A stretch of DNA of 64,000 bases from NCBI GenBank assembly GCA_051294905.1, contig CM119371.1, positions 29,948,001 through 30,012,000 on the forward strand, given 5' to 3'. This stretch comes from Botryllus schlosseri. Lineage: Eukaryota. Positions 49,835 through 58,756 of this stretch are shown here, in pieces; positions within the stretch are counted from its first letter, which is position 1; every line of letters begins with the position of its first letter. The translations under genes and the position numbers were made by a program. The notes under the pieces are model-generated. The model had not been told where the DNA came from. It did not search any database and saw nothing but the letters and a program-made list of their open reading frames with translations.

Positions 49835-52313
49835 TAGGGTTGTTCAGATTTGAAAAATTGTCAGGAAACTTCGACCATTGTGATCCAAATGATGGTTTAG
49901 TACATAAAAACACTTTTATGAGCAATTTTGGTCATCTTCATCGTGATCTTCCTTTTCCTCAAAGCCCCCAAAGATCCCGAGGTCATTTCTCCTTACTACA
50001 GCTGATACACCAGAGTGTTTACGTTGACGTGGTGCTCTGTAGTGTTGACCGTGTAACCAGTTTGTAGCTTTTGTGATGTTATCAGTTGAAAACGGTTGTG
50101 CAGAAATAAGGAATTGCAAGGTAGTATATGTGTTTTCAAAATTGTACCTAAATGTTGTCTTATAAATATCAGATGTATCTCCGTTTTCCTGTTCAAAACC
50201 TGTCTATCGTGGTCATGGGAAGCATTTATTAGTTGCACGGGTGACACTGGTTTGTTATGGATCGTACTTCGAAGGAGCGCCGTTGGGTTGCAAAGTCGTG
50301 AACAAATGCAGAGATTTGCAGCTACTTTTTAAGCAGTAAATGTATTGAAAGGTGTATGATATGTAATGTCAGTAATATTTACCTCAATTTTAGTTTATCT
50401 GTAACATAACGAGTAATTCCATTTGATGGTAGATTGCAATTTAGTAGAAGAAGAATGCCTGACACAAAGCGTAGAAAGGTAGTGCCGGATTCACCAAGAA
50501 CAAGATCGAAGTCTGGTTACTATTCGAGCGGACAGTCATCTGATTGTATCAGTCACTCCCAGTTTTAAAATATCTGCTATATCTGAAAGAAAACTGCCCC
50601 AAGACCACTAAAACGCAGGAATTTCTTCTTCAAACTGTTGTAAGAGGTTGCCAAACTTCATGCCGCTTGAACTTTATTCTCTTCAAATGAACATGTCAAT
50701 TGTGATGAACTCGATAAGTTGGGGGACCTTGGACATTGCGACGCAGTTGCCGCCATCTCAGAAAAATGAAGACATCGCATTTTATGAGAACCAATAGTAT
50801 TCTCGCAGTGCACGACTCGCAGGAAAACATGAGACCTTTGAAAGAAACCAGGCTGAGATCAGTGACGAACCTGTTTCAGCATCTGCGAGCATAAGTTCTA
50901 GTGATGCATTTGCTACATTAATGTCCTCATCGCCTGGGAAGGAACCCAGTACACCACCCTCTGATTATGATGCTGCAATGAAATATCCTTCATATATTGA
51001 ACTTCAAGCTCCTAGAAACTTGTTAAGAAAGAAACATATTACTGATGAGCTGGACCGCCAAAAAATTGACTGATAACCAAGCAACTATGCTACTTAGTGC
51101 TTTCATGCAGGCATGCGGAGGGAATATTGATGCCTTTGTGCTATCCATATTAAGTATAAAAGAGACATATAAAGGCTAATCGCCGTAAGGTTCCACATGA
51201 TATATTTGAGTCATACCAACAAGACCTACCCAATCATGCTGCTATACACTGGGATGGAAAGTTAACAGAAGACAGATTTGGAACAAACTATGAAGCATTG
51301 GCTGTGATATTGTCTTCTTATCCTCAGCATACAGATGGAAAATTACTTGGAATTCTCAACATCTTTTCAATGATAATACCAATTGTCGCAAGCCACGAAA
51401 ATGTTATAACGTGCTGGATTATTTTTTGCCATAATTTGCTTCATGAAGTTTGATTATTCAAAATGTTCTTACCATAAATTCATTGAGTTTCAAAAACATA
51501 CATTGCCTTCACTTGACTCTCTTGTTGTTACAAGAGCAAGCCTTGTATCATGAACTTGTTGGATTTTCACAATGTTGCTCAGTAGGTACCCTTGTCATAT
51601 TCCACACTATGGCAACCTCTTAGACTCTTTGAACAGGACAGTCCTGCGTTTTGGTCGTCTTCGGGCAATAAGTGAACGGGAATATTGAGTAGTGGACTTG
51701 TCTCTTGTTCTTTGCAGGACAGGTACAACCCTTCTCCGCTTTGTTTCAGACATTCTTCAACTAAATTCCGGTCCTCAATCAAATTAGACAACTCAGTATT
51801 TTACAAATGAGCTGAAATTGTCCGGAGGCACTGGCATTGCACATTATATTCCTACTTGATAGATCTTTCACCAACGTTCACAAAATAAAAGCAACCTGGA
51901 AATGCAAGCAATTGTCTCATTCATATAGGCTGACTAGCTGTAGCAGTGGGCCTATAGAGATAACAACACATGTACCAGAAGGTCGCACTGGCATATGTAG
52001 TTCAATACGATTGCCAAAAAGATATATTACCATGATATTTATCACCTATAGACGGTCGTTTTCAACTGCAGACTTCACTAAAGGTGCAATCATCACCTCA
52101 GAGCGCTGCTTTACAATAAGAGCTAGGTAAAAAGTCAGGGGAATCCCCAATAATTAGGAGAATTGGCCCCTGATCTTTGAGGGCTTTGAGGAAAAGGAAG
52201 ATCACGATGAAGATGACCAAAATTGCTCATAAAATTGTTTTTGTGTACTAAACCATCATTTGGATCACAATGGCCGAAGTTTCCGGACAATTTTTCAAAT
52301 CTGAACAACCCTA
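49835..52313 (+). mobile_element. Non-autonomous hATm-like DNA transposon inserted in the 3' LTR
   Basis: 142-bp TIRs starting TAGGGTTGTTCAGATTTG (about 5 mismatches by eye); target ATGAGCAG duplicated (left copy ATGAGCActG); internal transposase remnant. Confidence 0.9.
50455..51360 (+). pseudogene. Frameshifted, truncated hATm-type transposase remnant
   Basis: Fragments MPDTKRRKVVPDSPRTRSK, ELDRQK..DNQATMLLSAFMQACGGNIDAFVLS and IHWDGKL...ALAVILS...GKLLGI (HWDGK first-Asp motif); several stops and frameshifts. Confidence 0.75.
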
Positions 52314-52390
52314 ATGAGCAGTCTTCACAACACATGTTGTGAGGCAAAACTTGTGAATTCGCTGTAGCGAGAATCAGGATATAACAACAA

Positions 52391-52401
52391 TCCCCCCTTT
52401 T
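52391..52401 (-). promoter_or_regulatory. Polypurine tract
   Basis: AAAAGGGGGGA just upstream of the 3' LTR on the element strand. Confidence 0.85.
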
Positions 52402-52416
52402 GGGATTTCGAAAAGT

Positions 52417-55400
52417 TCACAGGCCGAGTTCGGAGTAGCCAGGTGAGTTATAGTCCGCTAGGCGACTCAACATTCTCGGTAGCGTGTTGGAGGCATTCTC
52501 CTGTACGTGAGGCGTGTCGTCCTCCTCGTGTTGTAGAGGTTCGGCTGCAGGATAGTCCGTATTGTCAATGGTTTGTGTCATTTCGAAGTCCCAGTCATCA
52601 TTGTATAAATTCCTTTGCTTGACCAATTGTTCATGACTTCTGTCACTTGGGTACGTTACAACTTTGACGTCGTTCATGTGACGGGTGGTGTGTCTCCCAT
52701 CAATTAATTTTCGCAGTTTCACACCATCATCAAGCACAGCAACTACCTCGTACTCTTCTGGTCCAAAAATCGGTTCAAATTTCCTCTTGTTGTAGTTTCT
52801 GATTATGACGTAGTCACCTTTTTCAATGCTTGATGGTTGCCGACGGACTGAGCTATTTACGAATGTTTGACGGGTGATCTTAGTTTCTGTGTCTAGTTCT
52901 CTGGCCGCCATAACATCCTGCGTTGTCAAGATTTTCTCAGGGAATTCTTGTCGGTAGCCCCCGTGAAACATCAGGTTACCCGGGGATTGGCCGGTTGCGG
53001 CTTGTGGTGATGACCGGTAGCTGCTGAGTAGTTGATTTAAGGCTTCCTGTTTGTTTTGCCCCTGTTCATGACAGATCTTCATCGATTTTCCGAGAATTTT
53101 CATGAAGGTTTCAACTGGATTGGCTTGCGGATGGCGGGGGTAGGCAGTCTTGTGTTTAATACCGTACGACTCTGAGAATTCCTTGAATTCGAGTCCATTG
53201 AACGGTGGGCCGTTGTCAGTTTTATGCGATTCTGGCCGTCCATATTGTCTGTAGATGTCAATCATTGCGGGAATGACATATCTCGCTGCAGTACTTTTCA
53301 GTATTTTGGCATCGGGAAATCGAGTCATCATATCTTGAACCACCACAATGTGTCTGCCATCTGGCATTGGGCCAAAAAGATCGACACTGACTTGTTCCCA
53401 GGGGCGCTCGGGTGGTGTCAGGATCTTTTGCGGCTGTTTCGACCCTGGGTTGGTGAAGAGCTGGCACATCTTACATTGTTTCACCTTATTTTCAGCCATT
53501 TTGTTGAGGTTTGGCATCCAAAAATGTTCTCGGATACGGGCTTTCAGTATCGTTATACCCGGGTGATGGCCTTGGTGGGCCTTATCTATGGCTTTGCTCC
53601 ACAGTGATTCAGGCAGTATGATTTTGTCCTGTTTCAGGACAAAGCCTTTTGACAGGGTGAGCTGATCCTGGAATTTGCGATAGGGCTGGAGAGTCGGCTC
53701 TGATTTGGGTATGTAACCCTTTCTGATGTATTTAGTGAGCTTGCGGAGCACTCGGTCATTTCTGGTTTCCTCCCGAATATTGTCCAAAGATATAGCTTCT
53801 GTGTATGGGCTATGGCGGAGCCAGAACACTGTGCGCTCGAGTTCATTAGCTTCATCCTGCCACGACGAGGGAACTTGATCCAGTGGCTGCGCATGGCGGG
53901 AGAGGTAGTCGGCTGGGTTATGTTTTCCTGCCTCCCATATGACCTCAAATGGGATATCTTGATGACGGAGTCTGATTCTATCCGTCCGGATCGATCCTTT
54001 TCGCGTGTTACTGAAGATGCTGACAAGAGGCTTATGGTCCGTTATGACATGTACTTGAGGACCGCCCACAATGAAATTGCGGAAGCGTCTGAGGCCGAAA
54101 TCGATGGCGGTGGCCTCCAGGTCTAGCTGTGGGTAACGTTGTTCCTCTTGTCTTGTGGCTCGACTAGCAAACGTGATCGGTTTGCAGTCAGAAGAGCTGT
54201 CGCCTTGGGCAAGAATTGCTGATATTCCTGATACATGAGCATCCACAAAAATATACGTGCTCAGATGTGTGTCAAAGTAGCGCAGGAGAGCGTCTTCCTG
54301 CAGGCACTGTCGGAGGTCGTTGAATTCCTTCTTGCATTTGTCTGACCATCTGAACTCTTTGTGCTTCTTTGTGAGCTGGCGTAGGGCTGATGTCTTGCGA
54401 GATAACAGGGGTATGAATTCCCCAAATGATTGCACAAAGCACAAGAAAGACATGACTTCATCCTTTGATTTTGGTGGCGATGCGTGTCTGAGAGCGTCAA
54501 TCTTGGCTGGATCGGGTTTCACCCCGTGCTTTGTTACAATCATCCCCCAGAATGGGATTTCTTTCTGCCTGAAGATGCATTTGTCAGGATTTAGAGTCAT
54601 ACCAGCGGCTTCGATTTTCCGGAGAGCTGCATAGAGGGATTCATCATGCTCTTCCTTGCTTTTCCCAGCAATTATGATGTCGTCATGGATGACATGGATA
54701 CCTGACATGTTATTGAAGATAGGGATGAGAGCTTTGGTAAGCTCGCCGGAGGCGGGTTTCGCACCCATTGTAAGCCTTCGGTAACGCATCAGGCGGTGCC
54801 CTGCGTGGAACACTGTGAGTGTGCGGGATTCTTCGTCTAGTTCGAGCTGGTGGAAGGCAGACTTGAAGTCCAGCTTGCTGAAGGTTTTGCAACCTGAAAG
54901 TTTGGCTTTGATGTCTTCGACACGTGGGATGGGTATGTTGGTTGGCTTGATGCACTTGTTTACTTCTCGCATGTCAACAGTGACCCGAATGTTGCCGTCA
55001 TCCTTTGGAGTGAGGACTACGTTTGAGACCCATGGCGCCGGGCCGTGATGCTCCTCAATAATTCCGTCTTTTTCCATTTGATTAATGGCATTGTCGAATT
55101 TTGAGCGCAGGTGATGCGGAATCGGGCGTGAGCTTTGTGCAACAGGCGGAACTTTCTTATCGGTGTAAAAGTGTACCTTGTGGCCCTTGAGAGTGCCTAT
55201 CCCTCTGAAGATGCTGGGATACCGATCGACAATATCCGACGTGAACTGATTCTTAGAAAGGGCGCGAATTGCCTTCTCGTTAGAGGATTGTTTCGGAGGA
55301 TGGAACTTGATGATTCCGAGTTCCTCGCAGAGTTTCCCACTTAGTAACGTCTCGACTTCCAGTGGTACTATGTAGAAGCGTGTCAAGCAACTGTGGTCGT

Positions 55401-56769
55401 TGTAGGTGACGAACCCTTTGTAGTAGCCAACGCATTTTATTGGCTTAGAACCAAATGGCCGAATCCTCGTTTTGGTTTTGCGTAGCGTCAGTCCTAGCTT
55501 CTCGGCTTTCCTTTCTGACATGACATTCAGGTCGGCGCCTGTGTCGGCAAAGCCAGTCAGTCGTTTTTCAGCCACAATGACCTTGACTGTGTATTTTGGT
55601 TTTGAGATGCGCCGAATAACAGCCCAGTTGTGCGGATTTGCTGGCTGGAGGGCTGACTGTTTTCTACGCGCTTTGTGACGAGAGTCTCTTGGAGGCATTC
55701 TCTTTTTATTCTGCACTTTGTGAACCCGTTTTGATTTGGGTGGTTTGCTGCGAAGATATTGATCAGGCTTCTTTAACATTTTCTTGTGTTCCGGTTGAGG
55801 CTGACGGTGCAATCTCCGGACACGTCTTTGCCTGGGTGGTGCTTGTGACTCTGAGTCACTGCTAGAGGCGGAACTTTCTCTCGATGAGATCGATTTGCGT
55901 CTAGGCTCGATAGAGCTTCGATGGCTCTCTTCGGGGTCATGCTGTACGCGTTTCGTAGATCTGCAGGCCTTGGACCCCTTGAAATGGCCGTTGCGCCCGC
56001 ATGCGAAGCATTCACGATCGGTTGCTCGACAATCTTGTTCCCCGTGGCATGATGGATCTGAGCATGTTCTGCATGATCCGGATGTGCGTGCCGGTTTCTT
56101 CCGGCTTTTGCTGTACTTCTTGGGCTTGACCCGCGAGATTTTCTCGCTGTCGTCGCTGTGCTCTGACTGAATTTTCTGCGCTGTGTGGGCTGCTGCTTCC
56201 ATTCTACGCCCATTTTCTACGAGTTCCCGCAGTTTCCATTGGCTTTTGAGGGCGCTTTTACGGATATCATTGTGTACGGTACCCACGATTATTTGATCAC
56301 GAATCATGACATCTATGACATCGCAATTGGCATTAGCACAGCTAAATTTGCATGACATCGCCTCTTTGCGGAGACGATGGACGAAATTGTCAAAGCTCTC
56401 ACCTTGTTCCTGGTGAAGTCGATGAAACTGATAGTTTGCTAAGGTATAGTTGCGAGTTGTCTCATACCTTTCCTGCATTTTTATTACGAAGTCCTTGAAT
56501 TGAAGATTGGCCCGTTCATTTGCAGGGACCGTGGATTCATAGTCCTTTTGAAAGCTTCGAGATGAGAATTTGCCGAGGAAAAGCTTGCGCATGTTGATTT
56601 CAACCCACTTAGCCTTGTCCTCTGCGTCGGTAGGTGGGTCGGCGGCGATGGCATCGTATTCATAACGGAACCTACTCACGAAGTCGCAGAAGGCGTCATG
56701 AGCGTTATTACGATGTAATTCAGGGTCGAATTCGCCAATGGACCCTTTCATTACGTAATTGGCTTGCAT
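52417..56769 (-). CDS. Single-ORF Gag-Pol polyprotein (Gag/CCHC-PR-RT-RNase H-IN), 1450 aa
   Basis: Zinc knuckle CFACGRNGHFKGSKAC; protease FADTGAD; RT VDMREVNK, LDFKSAFHQL, IHDD; RNase H VDAH, TDHKPL, ADYLSR; integrase HQGH..CKMC, DLFGP, TDNGPPF, PVE. Gypsy domain order. Confidence 0.97.
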   Translation of the reverse strand: MQANYVMKGSIGEFDPELHRNNAHDAFCDFVSRFRYEYDAIAADPPTDAEDKAKWVEINMRKLFLGKFSSRSFQKDYESTVPANERANLQFKDFVIKMQERYETTRNYTLANYQFHRLHQEQGESFDNFVHRLRKEAMSCKFSCANANCDVIDVMIRDQIIVGTVHNDIRKSALKSQWKLRELVENGRRMEAAAHTAQKIQSEHSDDSEKISRVKPKKYSKSRKKPARTSGSCRTCSDPSCHGEQDCRATDRECFACGRNGHFKGSKACRSTKRVQHDPEESHRSSIEPRRKSISSRESSASSSDSESQAPPRQRRVRRLHRQPQPEHKKMLKKPDQYLRSKPPKSKRVHKVQNKKRMPPRDSRHKARRKQSALQPANPHNWAVIRRISKPKYTVKVIVAEKRLTGFADTGADLNVMSERKAEKLGLTLRKTKTRIRPFGSKPIKCVGYYKGFVTYNDHSCLTRFYIVPLEVETLLSGKLCEELGIIKFHPPKQSSNEKAIRALSKNQFTSDIVDRYPSIFRGIGTLKGHKVHFYTDKKVPPVAQSSRPIPHHLRSKFDNAINQMEKDGIIEEHHGPAPWVSNVVLTPKDDGNIRVTVDMREVNKCIKPTNIPIPRVEDIKAKLSGCKTFSKLDFKSAFHQLELDEESRTLTVFHAGHRLMRYRRLTMGAKPASGELTKALIPIFNNMSGIHVIHDDIIIAGKSKEEHDESLYAALRKIEAAGMTLNPDKCIFRQKEIPFWGMIVTKHGVKPDPAKIDALRHASPPKSKDEVMSFLCFVQSFGEFIPLLSRKTSALRQLTKKHKEFRWSDKCKKEFNDLRQCLQEDALLRYFDTHLSTYIFVDAHVSGISAILAQGDSSSDCKPITFASRATRQEEQRYPQLDLEATAIDFGLRRFRNFIVGGPQVHVITDHKPLVSIFSNTRKGSIRTDRIRLRHQDIPFEVIWEAGKHNPADYLSRHAQPLDQVPSSWQDEANELERTVFWLRHSPYTEAISLDNIREETRNDRVLRKLTKYIRKGYIPKSEPTLQPYRKFQDQLTLSKGFVLKQDKIILPESLWSKAIDKAHQGHHPGITILKARIREHFWMPNLNKMAENKVKQCKMCQLFTNPGSKQPQKILTPPERPWEQVSVDLFGPMPDGRHIVVVQDMMTRFPDAKILKSTAARYVIPAMIDIYRQYGRPESHKTDNGPPFNGLEFKEFSESYGIKHKTAYPRHPQANPVETFMKILGKSMKICHEQGQNKQEALNQLLSSYRSSPQAATGQSPGNLMFHGGYRQEFPEKILTTQDVMAARELDTETKITRQTFVNSSVRRQPSSIEKGDYVIIRNYNKRKFEPIFGPEEYEVVAVLDDGVKLRKLIDGRHTTRHMNDVKVVTYPSDRSHEQLVKQRNLYNDDWDFEMTQTIDNTDYPAAEPLQHEEDDTPHVQENASNTLPRMLSRLADYNSPGYSELGL

Positions 56770-56851
56770 TTTTCGTAGTCAGGATTATAGGAGCGAGGAT
56801 TAGAGTAGATACACGCGGCTGCTTCTGATCGATGATAATCCGTGTTTTTCA

Positions 56852-56861
56852 CTCGTCGCCA
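56852..56861 (-). promoter_or_regulatory. Primer-binding site, tRNA-Ser(GCU)-type
   Basis: TGGCGACGAG, 1 nt from the 5' LTR; complementary to the 3' end (CUCGUCGCCA) of metazoan tRNA-Ser(GCU). Confidence 0.85.
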
Positions 56862-56862
56862 A

Positions 56863-57095
56863 TAATAAGTCTCGTCCTCTGATGCTGATGAGAGATTTCA
56901 GACAGACTATTCCAGCAGAAGATTTATTAGATTAAAGCTAATAATCCTAACTACATCTGAGGAAAGAAGCAATGCGAGAAAGCAACATTACTGCACTACT
57001 GTGAGCGCAGGCGGCAGCATATATGAGCAGTCTTCACAACACATGTTGTGAGGCAAAACTTGTGAATTCGCTGTAGCGAGAATCAGGATATAACA
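56863..57095 (-). repeat. 5' LTR (intact)
   Basis: TGTTAT...TTATTA on the element strand; TATA-like CATATATG at 57018-57025; AATAAA at 56923-56928 (minus). Confidence 0.95.
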
Positions 57096-58756
57096 CATAT
57101 CCTCCTGTAATAGTCACAGTTTCACAAATAGATTTTAATTTTCGGACTGAAATGTGTCTGATACTTAGTGCAGAGGTGTGGGTGGATTTCCCTTATTTTT
57201 GTTAACTATAAAAATTCGAATTTCTATACATTGGGAACTTTATGCTGCAATAAGATTAATGAAATGTATCTGTAGATTGAGTTGAAGAATTTTAATCTGA
57301 ACCTTGGTATCCGTGATTTGTATTCTTTTATTTATGCATTGCTGTGCATTTAAGCCTATACTAGTGTCTCTGGTGGTGTTTCCCGCAAAATAGTCGTTTT
57401 CACACTTATAAATCCCAATTATCGCCAATACGTTGATCATCACCAGTCTAATCACAACTGGTCATAGCGAGTATGACTCAATCTTAATCCATAGTGTGAG
57501 GGTGGATTGATTGTTTTGCATTGACGACAATTTCCTGTGTTTGACTTTAAAAACCAAGCGTTGTTGTTGCATTTATGATGTGAGTAGGCATTGGGAAGTT
57601 AGTGACGTAACATTATCATGGGTACTAATGCTTCGTATTCAAGCAACCCGTCATTCATTATTATATATATTGGGAATTTGGGAAGTGGCGGTCTAACTTT
57701 TGTAGACAGGACAGTAGTGCTTCGATGCAGTCTTGTGTTGGCAAAAAGGAAACATTTACTTTGATGGTATCGTTGTGTTGATTTGAATCATTTCAGATAA
57801 TAATTCATATAGTGTTGATAAGGTATGAGATTCGAGTCTGTTACCAATGGTGAGCCACCATGGTCAGCAATGTCCACCCCTACCCAGGAAACAATAGGAA
57901 TTGTTATGCAATTACTCTACACGAGACACACTATTGATGTCGGTTTGATTTTAATGGACGGCATGTCTCTTAGGCTATACTTACAGTAGAATTAAACTTA
58001 TCACGCTAATAAAATAGTAGGCTATTATGTATTTAGATACAAATTTCGCTTTTTCTAAAATTCCTGAGGAAAAGGCAGGCGTTTTAAGGCATTTTATAAG
58101 TGCGTCCGCTATGCGAATAAATAAATTTGCAATAAGGAAGGAGATAAGATGGAATATTCGAGATGATGGCGAAAATGAAAAAAAAATGCCTTTTTGTGTA
58201 GGCCTTTCCAATGTATGCTAATTAGGAAACTTTAAACTAGCTACTATGAGATCCGTGAATCGATTAATAGTTCTGTAGTCGGTCTATGCTAATTGCCATG
58301 TTTCTATACTGGTTTTGAATAGTTTCTCGGAGGTACAAAACTTCAATACACAATTGAATATTTTATACATATTGAAATGAACCCGAATATCTTCGGCTGA
58401 CATTTGTCATGGGTCAGCGTGAGCAACTAGCAGAGAATTGGAAAGCTCGTTGTATATCAACAATCGTATCACAAAATATGACGTCACCAGCATGAATTTC
58501 GAATAAGATAGTGTTCAATGTAGGCCTACTATTTTTATATGGTACGCAAACTCCTTTTGTTGACACAGCCTTGGCTGGGGTTGACTGGCGGGCTCATTTC
58601 AATATGAATATACTATTCAATTGTATACTGGGTTTGTACACGCCAAAGTGCGCACTGTGATTATCTTCAATTTGGAAATTTCTAAATGCCGCGAGCAGAA
58701 CACAGGTTGATGCTAAGCTGTATTGTATGGCTGATTTTTCGCCAGTTTCATCTTAG

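Larger units (their letters stand above)
49665..52386 (-). repeat. 3' LTR, split (52314-52386 and 49665-49831) by a DNA transposon insertion
   Basis: Both halves match the 5' LTR exactly, apart from the duplicated target site. Confidence 0.95.
49665..57095 (-). mobile_element. Full-length Ty3/Gypsy (Mag-like) LTR retrotransposon, antisense in a neurabin intron
   Basis: 233-bp LTRs identical by eye; 5-bp TSD CATAT (49660-49664, 57096-57100); PBS, PPT and an intact gag-pol ORF. Confidence 0.97.

Noticed and set aside
53224..56828. Many ORFs overlapping gag-pol on both strands
   Set aside because: Shadow ORFs of a GC-richer coding sequence; no independent motifs, and no env-like ORF seen.
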